A stretch of DNA of 63,942 nt, counting the filler, from Albugo candida (Eukaryota), in NCBI GenBank assembly GCA_040437565.1. It is 14 parts of 14 records of this genome, joined end to end, with 100 filler letters (N's around TTAATTAATTAA, not from the genome) between each part and the next. Parts side by side here need not be neighbours in the genome. Positions count along the whole stretch, not along the records: positions 18,905 to 23,439 come from JBDOQK010000178.1; positions 23,540 to 28,065 come from JBDOQK010000179.1; positions 28,166 to 32,690 come from JBDOQK010000180.1; positions 32,791 to 37,272 come from JBDOQK010000181.1; 10 more parts are not named here. The stretch is one strand, 5' to 3'. Below the pieces are notes generated by a model that did no database searches, was not told the origin of the DNA, and was given only the letters and a program-made list of their open reading frames with translations. Below, in pieces: positions 22,441-35,071 of this stretch. Each line of letters begins with the position of its first letter. Positions within the stretch are counted from its first letter, which is position 1. The translations under genes were made by a program, and so were the position numbers.

Positions 22441-23439
22441 CTAGTCTTCGTCCGAATCCGTCTGCTCGACCTCCAATTCAATCTCCTCTTGATTCGCGTC
22501 ACCACCATTCCTGCTCGACTCTGCTGCCATCGTGGAACCTGATACTATTCGTCTTCGGTTGCTCGTCCCTTCTCTCAACCTATACTCTTCTATTCTCTTC
22601 TCTGCTCTTTTCGCCACCTCTTCGTAATGCTTTTCGAGATCCAACTCCCTTTGTTTTCTCCATTCACTGTTTTCTTCACAGAAAAAGTTATACTTCTTCG
22701 TTCCGCACGTAGTATCAATCCCAATTTTCCCCGTGGTTGGTTGTAAATATGCAAATGATAGCACCAGAGCATCACTTCCGCTCGGAACAACACGCGCCGG
22801 ACGGTTGCGCTTTGCTACATCGATCTCAAATGGTGTTACAATGCAGATTCCCGTTTTTTTTGGAATCCGAAGACTATCGGTTAATGATAAGACTGAAGTT
22901 CCCTTGCCATGAAGGCTTTCGTATCTATGGTCGTTAGATATTTTGTAATTACTCTCCTCGAGGTTATGTAAGAACACTGCATACATTTTTTCTGGAAGTT
23001 GAACCATTCCATCCCCGAATCGAATTTCCACTTTCTGCTTCGGAAATGACTTGACAGAAAACTTGACCTTACTTAACACAAGATCGCTCTCAGATACGTA
23101 ATTGGACTCATCAGCATTGGACGACCTGAAAGACACGACATTTTCTCGCACGGATGTTGTTTGTTCGATTATGTAGACTCCCTTGACACCCAAACGTAAG
23201 AACTCGTCACTATCAAGAATCGACCAGTTTTCTTCTTCTTCATTATCCATAAGCTTATTTTTCTCGAACAATTGCGCCTTGAACGCTGAAGATATTTTCC
23301 AGCAAGCTACACCATGTATATCGAAATTCAGCAAATCTGTTTCGTCATCCCTACGTTCTGGTTCGTAGAGAGAACTCGATTTTAAGCAGCGATCAAGAGT
23401 CTCGTCAACATTATTCGAATGATCCAACGAAAACGCCAT
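22441..23439 (-). CDS. Divergent pepsin-fold-like protein, apparently non-catalytic; probably 5'-truncated
   Basis: 332-aa ORF open to contig end. Paralog of 8803-9484. Shares the CWK motif and C-terminal pattern with 44085-45305. No DTG/DSG. Confidence 0.62.
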   Translation of the reverse strand: MAFSLDHSNNVDETLDRCLKSSSLYEPERRDDETDLLNFDIHGVACWKISSAFKAQLFEKNKLMDNEEEENWSILDSDEFLRLGVKGVYIIEQTTSVRENVVSFRSSNADESNYVSESDLVLSKVKFSVKSFPKQKVEIRFGDGMVQLPEKMYAVFLHNLEESNYKISNDHRYESLHGKGTSVLSLTDSLRIPKKTGICIVTPFEIDVAKRNRPARVVPSGSDALVLSFAYLQPTTGKIGIDTTCGTKKYNFFCEENSEWRKQRELDLEKHYEEVAKRAEKRIEEYRLREGTSNRRRIVSGSTMAAESSRNGGDANQEEIELEVEQTDSDED

Positions 23440-26400
23440 NNNNNNNNNNNNNNNNNNNNNNNNNNNNNNNNNNNNNNNNNNNNTTAATTAATTAANNNNN
23501 NNNNNNNNNNNNNNNNNNNNNNNNNNNNNNNNNNNNNNNTTCAGGTGAGGTCGGACTTTACCTGTGATGGGTCTTGCAGTTGACGCACAAATCCATGACG
23601 AACTATCATGAAAAGATCTCTTCTAACATTGATGCTGTCCCTGATAGTAACGTATCTAACGCGTTTTATATGAAGCTGAGGCTCAAGACCGAGGTATTGA
23701 GTATTTAAGTCCAAAAAGCCTGGTTGAAAACAGGTACTGAGCTTCATCAGAAGGCTTAACATCCTCGCGATAAGTAGATGTACTCAGATGGGTTTTGCTC
23801 TTTTCGGAAACAGAAGGGTATGCATCTGATTGTATCTATAAACTTGGTTTTGTATGGCATCATTTCGCCCCGTCAGGTGCATCTCACTCTTCAACTTTGA
23901 GTCATGTTTTTTGCAAAGAAATGGCCTTCATTATCTTTTTTTTCAAATTTAATGAACCAAAACCTCTTCATTTTACCAGATTCATATCTCTTATATTTAT
24001 TGATTTCAAGAAATGGCACCTACAATTGACTACGATGATATCCAACATGGTGTAATGTTGTCTGGTGAGGGTGGGATGTCGGGTATATTTTCTGTATCTG
24101 CTCATCAAGTCGATCGCTGTACCCTTTTCTTTCTCTCACGCTGAGACGCGACTTCATTTATTTGTGCTTCGCCGTACATAATCTGCAAGGGCTCTGATTT
24201 TGTAAAGAATCCAAATAAACGGGTCATTCGCCATCCATTTGTATATTGGAAACCTCGCGACCAGTGCAGACATCAGGAATGTGCAGTGAGATCTACGCAA
24301 CTGTATTGAAAGCTTTTACTTAGAGCAGTTAACGTAAAAAAGTGTGGAACACTGCACAGTTTTGACAACTGCTTCAATCGATTATATCTCCATTCATACG
24401 CGCACGCAAAAATACCTCCTTATTCCCTACCCGGGTAGGGATGATGTGATGTTTTCGAAATCATTGGTCGACATGACTCTACATGTTGATGTTATCCTCG
24501 GGGACGAAACGAGCTTATGGCCACATCGAGATGAACTAATGCTGTTGGAGACGGTTCTAAAAAAGTGAGATACTGGTGGTGTGGAATTTGGAGGAGAGGT
24601 GAACATTGATGACTCTTGATCGGATATATCTATGTCCGCTTTCATAGCTCTAATCTGGCGACGACATGACAATTTGTTTCGAGATATGTTTATCTCCGAA
24701 GGTATGAACAGCGGAACGCTCCTTCGTTATCGTCACCGATTTCAATTAGGTGGAACCTAAGTTCTAAATGTACCCTTCTCTTCCAAAGAAGCACTGTTGG
24801 CCAGTCAAGAAGGCTGACAGATCGGGGGCTCCAGCTTGTCACAGGTGTCTGTGAACGTGACGATTGCGCAAACGTCCCCTATTCGAAGCTTCAGCATATT
24901 GCAAGGAGGCGAATATACAGTGGAATAAACACAACGTGTTGTCATGATCGGGAGAACCGAACGTAATAATTGAAAAAATTGCTTTTAACAATTTAACGTC
25001 GCCCCGCAGCTTCGCTTTTTGGAAGTAACAACAGAGCAAATTCGTTTATTCTCAGGCCTACAGGTTAAAAACTGCAGCAACGTCGGAAACTTTCGATTTT
25101 AGAAGCTCCACACGAGACGGCTTTTCAGATTGAGTCTTGCGCTTACGCAAGCACTCTTGCCGCTTAGATAAGTCATGCAATACGGGACGTCTGTTTGTTG
25201 GCTGCGCTTGAAATTTCAATTCTGAGTCTTTGACGATGCAGATTTTATCATTTGCGCCCCCCTGTGGAGTCTCACAGTCGTTATACTTACATTCCAGCTT
25301 ATCCCGTAGGGTTGATCACTCAAGAACGATCATACCTCATGCAAAGCCGGGTGCGTGCCCAACCTGGGATAACAATCCAAGACAAGTTGACGTGAGTACT
25401 GCTGGCTGTATCGAGAAGCCGATTTAAAGCATGGATTCGAAGAGGGGAAATTGGGTAAAGTATTGTAGAATTGTTTGCCTACTAAGACGGTTACGTTGAG
25501 CCGGTAGAATTTGTTTTTAAATGCTCTCAAACGTAATTAATGAAGATGTGTTATCGCTATTCGCCCGATACGGTTTCGCACGATAAATAAAGTGATGTGA
25601 TCACACACAAGAATGAATCAGGTGGAATTGCAAGGAAGCGTGTGAATGAATATATGCGATTTAAGAGTTGAACGAGAGCGTGCGCGAGGTTGTAAGCGCA
25701 GCTGAAATGGAAATAATCGCGTGCAGAAAGAATGTCCAGTTGTGTTTATACAGTTGAAAGCGTTTGTCAAGGGAGAGCTGATTCACACTCGTGGGACTCT
25801 AGGTCACCAATCAGATAGATTCTCCTCTTTTGTAAAAATCGCTTAAATGAACTTTTGTGCTCCCATTTTTGGGTTTGGAAAGAAATTGAGTCGCAAGTAG
25901 GTTAAAGATTCCACGAACGCAAGGGTTCATCACAGTTTTTTCGCCAAAATTCTACTTCGAGATAAGAAGCAGTTGTTATCTTTCAGTGGATCACAACCAC
26001 ACGAGTTCACTTGACCATAGTTTGGTCGAAGATAACTTGACAAATTGTTTCATCGATCAGTGGATTAAGAGATGGTAATTGGCATCGGCATCGTTCTCCT
26101 CAATCAAGAGCACTTGTATGAATGGTTTAGTGGAGCCTGTTTGATGGCCTATAATGATAATCTTACATTGGTATACGTTTTCCAGTAGATCACTCAAAAG
26201 ATCTAGCAATGTGCTATATTAGATATCACAATTAAGCGTCGCTTGTCTCACCAAAGTAAAAACACTCTTGTCGTCGTAGACAACGATCCATCACAATTTC
26301 GGCAATGTCTTAAAAATCCACAAGCACTGCAATCACAAGAAATGCATAATATCTCTCTGAAGACTAGAACGCCTCAACAGTTCTCCTAATCACTTGATAC

Positions 26401-28165
26401 CCAAGCCAATCCCGTTTATCTCTGCGCACTAATAAAAAAAGGTTCTGCCTGATGGCACATATCGTTCGCAGACGAACAATGAGAATTCTTTAAGATGCAT
26501 TTGGATTTTCTCTTTCTAGGGATATTATTCTCGAGTGCGGAAGGGTTGACCTTGCTCATTAGAAAATGTTTTCATCGTACCCTATGTCGCTTGATTCGCG
26601 ATTACCATCATCCTAATCGTAGCATTATTGTGTTGCGGTAATTGAAGTGTAAAAAGCGATGACGTGAAGCCACCAGAAGAAAATGCCTCACTTTCAAGAC
26701 CATTTGTGAGCAAATAGGATGCGGCATCTTTGGAAGAGAAGTCTAATGTGCACTTCTATACACCGATATTCGGAACGAGATACCAGCTTTGGAGTCAAAT
26801 GTGCCTCCCTGGATTTAGGCGTGACAGCATCAGAGGTATTCGATCCGAGTTCACGAGACTTCAAAGCAGTTATGTGTATGCCTATTTTAAGACAGTTATA
26901 GATATAATAAGTATGCAGGACTCTGTAACTGTTGATAAATGGGATATTTATGACACTAACCGCTTAATCCATATCTGCTTGGTGAGAGCTTGACGGAGTA
27001 TCGCATAAACATACTTTAGGTCGACCAAATGTATACGATGCATACCTAGGAACTCGACGCCATGTGTACACGTTAATTAGAACGTGATCGGGACACCAAA
27101 ATGAAAACAATAAGACAGGACCCATAGTCTTTGGTTTTTCTATGCTTTGGTGCCGCAAAGCAGGTATTTCACATCGATAGTTTCATGGAAACGAGATCGG
27201 CTGGCATCTAGATAAAGCAAACGTAGAGGGGCGAGGTAATGTCGTTGGCATCGAGTGTACAAAAATTACAAGCAGTTATTGCTTGAGATTGCTCTCGTTA
27301 TATAGTCCAATATTCTGGTGATACTGTCAGTTAAGCAGTCAACTAATCAGCGTGATATCTACCTTGCTACCTGTACGCGAGTACATCATGCACATTCTAT
27401 TTATAACCGCTATAGAAGATAGATGCAAAGTTGTTAGATGATGCTAGGATTGTTCAAACCTTTCCATGTGCATAATCTGTCATCTGATACATTTGATTTC
27501 CATCACGGTGTTCCTCACATCATGGTTTAAGGTTGTACAACAAGCTCCCAGTGCTGGAAATGATTACCTACTTGTAGAATACCTACCGATAGTGAGACAA
27601 CGGAATTAGCAGAACATAATATACGCTTCAAAGGAGATACTTTTATGCGACGTGAAACAATGCAACGTTTCTTTATTCTCTACGATGGGTTGAATGTCTT
27701 ACCACCTCGCAAATATAATATTTGATTCGAGAATAGTGAAAGCGTTTGTCCAATTTATTATTTAGGAATGGGAAGATTGTCTGCTTACAGAATACGTCAT
27801 CCATTATATGAGAACTCGTAATGCATCACACGAAATTAGCAGACCACAGAACCATTTTTAGAGGTGTGTGCGTCTAGGTGTGTGCTTCATGAATCATTGC
27901 AACGTTTTCCCTATTCTACACGATGATTGGTGACGGTTTGAATATCGCATCACCACGAAAACATGATAAATCTGATCCGGCAACGTTGAGAACTTTTATG
28001 AATTGTTCTCGAATGTTCTTAGACAAGACCGGACAACTCCTTATACCTTCTACAGCGGTTTCCTANNNNNNNNNNNNNNNNNNNNNNNNNNNNNNNNNNN
28101 NNNNNNNNNTTAATTAATTAANNNNNNNNNNNNNNNNNNNNNNNNNNNNNNNNNNNNNNNNNNNN

Positions 28166-28544
28166 TCATTGTGCATAAATTCTGCGGGAAGAGTAGTTTC
28201 AGCTATTTCGTTAAATTCTGACAACATGAGTTCTTCAGCCTCTTCAGGATCCATAGCAGATTCTATTTATTTTTAAAATGTAAGTAAATTTATATTTTAC
28301 TATTATAATTTGATATTGAAAGCTTACCTAACACATCATTTTCAGCTGCAACAGTAGAATCTTGTGTAACAGGTTGCACCACCACAGGAAGCTTTGACAA
28401 AGCTTCAAGTCTTCTTTTTTTGAGCTTTTCCTTTTTCAAATGATCTTCACTAACTCTTTGTTCTATCATCTTTCCACCGCAATCCGAACAGGAGCATGAG
28501 ACCATATTAGCCTTTCTTTTATTATTGTTATTGCTTAAAACCAT
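28166..28544 (-). CDS. 5' exons of a probable CMC-type transposase (CxCxxC..H N-terminus), truncated by contig end
   Basis: ATG 28544, MVLS..CSCSDC..H. GTAAGC..TAG intron at 28327-28263, then an acidic second exon open to contig end. Same N-terminal architecture as the 10650 transposase. Confidence 0.5.
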
Positions 28545-29050
28545 TTTAAAAAGTGTATAATAAGATAAATAAATTTGTCCTGAATTCAAGACGTATTTAT
28601 AGGGACCTGATTATTTTATATACATGTCGAACATATCGAGTTGTTTATTTAGTATCAGTAAAAAAATTTTATAACTTCCAAGATTTCTAAAGATTGTCCA
28701 CGTTTTTCAAGTTTAAAACGTCACCAATGAAAATTTTTTTACTCTTTTCTTTTATCTTACTTAAAGAGACCATTTTTTAATATAGTTCTAATGATAATAG
28801 TTACATAAGCAAAAAAAAGGCGCAATTTTATGTATAGATTTTTAATCTGGGTGAATTAATACAAAATGTAATGCATAAGGTAAGGTACACACTGTAAAAA
28901 AATCTATTTTACAAAATGAGATATTTTTTGAAACAAGACAAATAAAAAAATTTCTGTACATATATCGAATATCGAATAAAACTACTAGAAAAGATAATAA
29001 AGTGTCTTTTTTTTGTTGCCCTTTTTTTTACAACCTATAATACCGTCATT

Positions 29051-29551
29051 ATGGAAGACAAAAATGTTTTTAGAAATTATCTTGCTTTAGAAAGAGAAAT
29101 TGATAAATCACAAGAGAAATTTGATCGCAAATACGAAGAATTTGTAAATAAATATAGTAGAGAGAAATATTATCATCCTGAAATAGTTGAAGAATCAAGT
29201 GGTAATAATCGGTACAATCCAGAACAAAAAAAAATTTTTTCAAATAGAAGACATGAATTAGTAAGTGATGAAAATGTCCTAAAACAAAAAAGAATGAAAC
29301 TTGCCGATTTTACACCGTATTATATGGACAGCAAATATAAAGTGGCAGATTATTATGATTTTCACGCTGTCTATTTAGAAAACAAAGAGTCAAGAAGGAA
29401 ATTAAAAGAAATAAACACGGCATTGAGGGAAGATGAGGAATTACGCTTTAAATTTAGAGTAGAAAAGCGTTGTCTATGTCAGAATTCAACAATACTAACT
29501 TCATCGATTGATGTTATTGATATTTCTGGTACTATTTCTGATTCTGAATAA
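29051..29551 (+). CDS. Hypothetical Lys/Glu-rich helical protein with C-terminal CxC
   Basis: 166-aa ORF in very AT-rich DNA, flanked by T/A-rich non-coding sequence. Ends ..KRCLCQ.. Confidence 0.6.
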   Translation: MEDKNVFRNYLALEREIDKSQEKFDRKYEEFVNKYSREKYYHPEIVEESSGNNRYNPEQKKIFSNRRHELVSDENVLKQKRMKLADFTPYYMDSKYKVADYYDFHAVYLENKESRRKLKEINTALREDEELRFKFRVEKRCLCQNSTILTSSIDVIDISGTISDSE

Positions 29552-29812
29552 ATGAACTTTTTTTTTTATACAATTGATATTCGTATTTTTGAATGACTTT
29601 TTTTTTTATTTTTTATTAATATAAGCTTTACCAAATAGAGCATTAAAATTAGGAGAATGATGTTAAACACATATACAATATTATTTGGGTTATAAAATTT
29701 AAATGTAATTGGCTTATAAAATTTCTGCGCTCCTTTTTATCTTGTTATTTTTTTTTTGTTTTATTGTTGTACCTTTCTTTCTTCAAAACAATACATTATT
29801 ACATATCACATT

Positions 29813-30349
29813 ATGGACAAAAAACCTTTAACCCTCGTAATTGATGATACTTTTACTACTATAGAGAAATTTATTGTAGGAAAGATTAATTATAAATTTC
29901 AATTGATCGATTACATCACAACAAAACATGAAATCAAGCAACTGGAACAATTATTTACTGAACAATATAGATCTTTGGTTCCAGCCATATTAACAGCCGA
30001 AGAGTACAAGAAAGAAGAATTGTGTGATCGGTATGAATTTCGAAATGACAATATCCTTGTCAAAATTTATAAAACAAGGAATCTACAATTGAAGATCACA
30101 ATATTAAAAGAAAAGTTGTTTCTTATGAAACTACATATGAAGAAAGAAGAAGAAGTTGATGATCAAGCCCACTCAACGTATTATGTGTCAAAAAATACCA
30201 AACCATCTATACTGCATAACGCTGATACTTTGAGGGAAATTGACTATGCTGCTTACAAAAGAAGACTTGAAGAAGAAAAGGTGGCTTCTTACAAAGGTTG
30301 CTTTTGTAAAGAAGTCAAAAGAAGAAGAATCTCTGTAGATAACAATTAG
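29813..30349 (+). CDS. Hypothetical Lys/Glu-rich helical protein with C-terminal CxC and basic NLS-like KRRR
   Basis: 178-aa ORF from ATG 29813 (MDKKPL..). Ends ..KGCFCKEVKRRRIS.. Confidence 0.6.
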   Translation: MDKKPLTLVIDDTFTTIEKFIVGKINYKFQLIDYITTKHEIKQLEQLFTEQYRSLVPAILTAEEYKKEELCDRYEFRNDNILVKIYKTRNLQLKITILKEKLFLMKLHMKKEEEVDDQAHSTYYVSKNTKPSILHNADTLREIDYAAYKRRLEEEKVASYKGCFCKEVKRRRISVDNN

Positions 30350-32790
30350 CAATCGTTCTTTTTTTTAAAAATAAAATCAATACCTTTTTCACAAAATTAC
30401 ATTAACATCGGCTACCTTTTTTAATACAATCGTGCTATTGCTAAGTTCATATTTTTTCCTTTCAATAATTGAGCACAGACTGGATACTATCGCTCGTTCA
30501 ATCTAATCAGTTTTTTTTTTATTGTTGTCCGAAAACGGAAAGATTTGTTTCACAGATATGTACATTTAATATTTACTTGTAGCACTTAAAATTACAAAAA
30601 AAGATTATTCTAACTTGGGAAAAAACACTTTACAAAACAAAAAGATTATTTTGTTTGTTCATCATCTTTCTGTATTTCTAGTTTTAATTATTACCATTTG
30701 CCATAGTGAGCCGATTTTACGCTGTGATAACTATTTTTTTTTTGGCTGAATCTAAATTGTAATTCTATTTCTTTTATCCGAGATCTTTCTTTTTTTTTTT
30801 TTTTTTTTTTTGACAAGAAATTAACCCAATAATAAAACACTTCCCTTGATTTTCTGTTCCTAGAAATCTTTACCACATATTTTTTTGAAACTTGTAAATG
30901 TGAAAAAAAATTCGACGCGGTTATTGAATCCACACTTCACTGTGAGTGGTTATTTCATACAATGGTACTCTATCCCCCAAATCCCTTTACCCAAATAAAG
31001 TTTAGAACCTTTGTCGTCAGCTTTTTATTTTTTTAATATTGATAAAGTCACTCCTTTTGCTGTCATTTTTTAAATAATCAAGTCAATTATTACGGTTATT
31101 TTTATACAGAAAAACACGTATACATACTAATATACTTCTTTATTTTTTTTGCTCTACAAAATACGATCAATTTCAAAAAAAAAAAAAAAAATTGCTCCCT
31201 CTTCACTTTTTGATTTTTTTTACTTCAAGTTTACTATGTATCTAACCCATTAAACATTATAACCCAGCCAAACTTTTTTTTTTCACTGCTCTGTAATTAA
31301 AATCAGTTTTACAACGGAAATTGAACAATTTCAGTAGTATTTCAGTATACTTAAACACTACAAATATCACAACTTTTACGCTGTGTAGAGAACGAAATAT
31401 GTGATATTTGTTGAGTCGTTAAGTCATTACAAAATAAATTGCTGTATTATGTTTGGTGAAAAAAAAATCCGGAACGCGACACAAGATCCTCCTGCTAAGA
31501 TAGATAGCATGCATAAATCTTACTCTCTTTTCCAAAGACCTAAATTGGAATTCTTCGCGAGAGCGAATGAGGCATTCTTTCGAAACCGTTCAATAAAAGA
31601 CATCCTTTGTGACACGTTAAGGAAAGGCATCCTTTCCGAAACTTAGCAACGTAAAAAAACTTTAGGACATGACAAATTTGTCGCAATACAGGATACATTC
31701 TCACAGTTTTCTCGCGTTGTCATCGTTCAACAACTCAATACAGCGCTCTTCAAAGGTGTTGTCTTCGCGTTCAAAATTATTACCTTTTTTTATAATAACT
31801 TATTTGACAACAAAGAAATGACTTCAAAGCCCTATGGCACTCCATTTCATCAATCTTCTTTCTTCGAAAATGAGAATCATGTGCCGAAGCGACATTTTTT
31901 GCTAATAAACATTGATATAATGTTAAATTTTTGCTCTTGTCTTTTGTCATGTGTTTTTAAGTAAACCACCAGAATTGTTCCGATAAACCGAAACTTAAAG
32001 TGTTTTACTAATCACATTATGTATCACTATACTACAAGTAGCGTATCAATAAATCAGAGACCTGTTTCGTAAACTAGATGCTTTTGCAACGTAAAAACTG
32101 AAATTGTTGTGAACCGTAAATTTGAAGTTTTTACTGGTTAAAATCTAGGCTCGTGTGCTACCGACTCATTTATACCGTGGAACAAGTATATTTTGTGAAC
32201 AGCTTCCAATTTATTTATCTTAATAAAAACTATCGTTCATCTACTTTAATTTTATTTGTAATATTGAATGTAAAAGGTACATGATAGGTGACTTTCGTGT
32301 CTCTTGGAATTTCCTTTCTATTTAAACATTCACCTAATATAATCCAACCAAATAAAATACTAGCAACAAAAAAATTAATCAACTTGAAGCAGAAAATTTT
32401 GTATTTAGGAAGACTATTGGTAACTGTTAATCAAGAGTAAAGCTTTGTTTTTCGGAAATTTGAGTGAGGCCAAGCAGGCTTAACAGATATCTCCAGTACA
32501 TCCACGCTAAAAATCGTTCTCTGGTTATTACTGTTGAATTTTCACTATCGTACACCAAATTAAACTAAACCAAATGCACTCGTATAAAAATCGATGTCAA
32601 AAAAAACAGTGCAGAGATGGACCACAGTGATAACAAAAACTTAAAAATCTGTTTAGAATCCGCTATTTTTTTTTTCAAGATTAATTCAATNNNNNNNNNN
32701 NNNNNNNNNNNNNNNNNNNNNNNNNNNNNNNNNNTTAATTAATTAANNNNNNNNNNNNNNNNNNNNNNNNNNNNNNNNNNNNNNNNNNNN

Positions 32791-34848
32791 CTTGGTCAGG
32801 GATGCGCAGTGACTATCAAACGTTCAGTTACCGGAAAAAATGCATACTTGAAATGTGACCGTGGTAGCGCACACCTATCTCAAGTGTCAGAACGCAAGCG
32901 ACAGACAACATCTCGGCGCATTGAATGTCCTTTTCTCCTCTCTGCGAATTATCAAAAAAAGTGAATGGAAGTTTAAGACGATACAAAGCGAGCACAATTA
33001 CGGATGTTCTCCTTCATCCCTCCGGGCATTCAACCCATAGAAAGCTCACCAAAGAACAGGCAGAAGAACTGAAGAAAAGGACAAATGCGGGTGTCAAACC
33101 GACTGCAATTTTGCCAGCGCTAAGGATGACGAAAAAAAACACCTTCACAATTCTGCGCACATTGCATAAGGCTCGAGTCAAAGTTCGAAGCAACCAACTA
33201 GCGGGGAGAACTCCCCTAGGAACTCTTTTTGATGATCTTCGAGAAAGTGACTATGTGCACCATATCAAAGCAAATAAAGGCGGAAAGATCACTGGCCTAT
33301 TTTTTGCCCATCCGGACACCGTGAAGCTGGATAATCGATACAAGCACGTTGTTGTGATAGACTGCACGTATAAAGCGAACCATTACCGATTCACCTTTCT
33401 GCGCACCATCGAAATGACCGCGTTTAACTAGACGTTCTACATAGGTTTCTGCTTCCTGGCCGGGGAGAAAGTGGAAAATTATGTGTGGGTAATGTCGAAA
33501 ATTGCCAACAGTGTGGAAAAATGGATCTGCGTCAAAGTAATCGTCACGGACCGGGAACTGGCCCTTATGTCGGCCATCGCACAAGTCTCCCCATCGTCCT
33601 CGAATCTGCTCAGCATTTGGCATATCAATAAAAATATCGTTGCAAATTGCAAGAAGCAGTATACAGCCCAAAAAACTTTCGACGAGATTCTGCAAATGGG
33701 GAACGTCCTGGTGTCTTCTCAGATGGCGGAAGAATATGATGAGCAGCTTGCCAAGTTCGCAGACAGTCTCTCGGAGAAGTCAGAGGTACTCGAGTACTTG
33801 ACGACGACTTGGATCATCTACAAGTAACGATTCGTGAACGCTTGGACTTCACGGCATCCACGTTTTGGAAACAAGGCGTCTTCGCGTGCAGAGGGAGCCC
33901 ATGCGTACATAAAAACGTTCCTACAAGTCTCGACGGGAGACGTATAATCGGTGTTCAACAGCTGGCAATTGCTCTTAATCACCAGATCAAAGCAGAGGAA
34001 AGTCTGAGAAGCGAGGAGAAGATGGATCATTTGCTGGAACTTCCAGAAATACTCGCATCGGTATCCAGAAAAATTTCTTCGTTCGCATTAAAAGATTGTC
34101 TTGTACAGCATGGAAAAATCGATTGAGAACTTCGTCCTTGATCTGACACTATTCATCGGCAATGGGATTTCTTGCCCACATGACCTCGCGGCCATCGTTG
34201 AGAATCGGAATACATTGGCCGTTTCCAACTTCTACGCGCAATGGCACCTGGAATGGAACTCAACAGATGTAAGAGCCGTGAATCTTGTAGAATTCAATCC
34301 TTTTTGGTTCACTAAGTTGTTATGAACAATCGATCAGGCAGAGGGGAAAGATTCTGAAGATCAATGGGAATTGATTCGGTCGCGCATCAACATCCTTCCG
34401 GAAACCGAACAAGAGAAGGCGATTTCGATTGTCGCACACTTGCTCGATGGCCAGAGCACTGTTGTGCAGTACAAACCGACCTTTTTAAACCCACAACCCC
34501 GCGGAAGACCAGTCGGCGCAAACAATCTCCCAAAGAACAGTACGAAGCGGGATGCATCCCATATCGAGCACGAGGAAGATCACGTAGGAGGACGGAGATG
34601 CGGGGGATGTAGAGTAATGGGCCACAACAGACGTAGTTGCCCTTCAGTCGATCGTTCCGGTGGGCAGAATCAAGAAACGGTATACCATAATTGAATGCAT
34701 AATAATGCGCGTCATGTGGCTTAAAAAGGAGTGAATATAACAATTCCCTAAATATAAATAAGAAGTATACATAGTATAATTATGTGTGCCACCTGAACAG
34801 AAAGGAAGTGAATTTAACCAAAAAGGGAGTGAATACAACAATCCCCTC
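32791..34848 (+). mobile_element. Mutator-like element (MULE) 1 with pseudogenised transposase; left end off-contig
   Basis: Motifs LKCDRG/SRRIECPF, IDCTYKAN, VTDRELALM, IWHINKN and C-terminal CGGCRVMGHNRRSC. In-frame stops at 33429 and 33825 plus frameshifts. Right end has repeated GGAGTGAATA and terminates ..ATCCCCTC (GAGGGG-type TIR). Confidence 0.85.
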
Positions 34849-35071
34849 TATTAGATGTGTCTGTATTAGCAAACTTAGACTAAGTGACTTCTCTATATGC
34901 CTAACTATCAATTTTCAATACCAAATATACATATACATATTTATACTGTGAGAGTTGCTAATATAGCTTCCTATTGACCGCCTTTCATTGCAGTTGCCTT
35001 ACACCACCACAATACGAGACTGTGCCCAGGTTAAAGAAAATGGAAACTGCTCAAACTACAGCTTTCTGAAA

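Noticed and set aside
23540-28065. Genes in this contig (Ser-rich minus-strand ORF 24427-24672 and others)
   Set aside because: Short ORFs with no recognisable motif and no consistent splice model. It may hold a decayed or intron-rich gene, but I cannot support a call.
31356-31370. CACTA terminus (CACTACAAAT..)
   Set aside because: Wrong orientation relative to the putative transposase, no partner TIR, and a pentamer is expected by chance.
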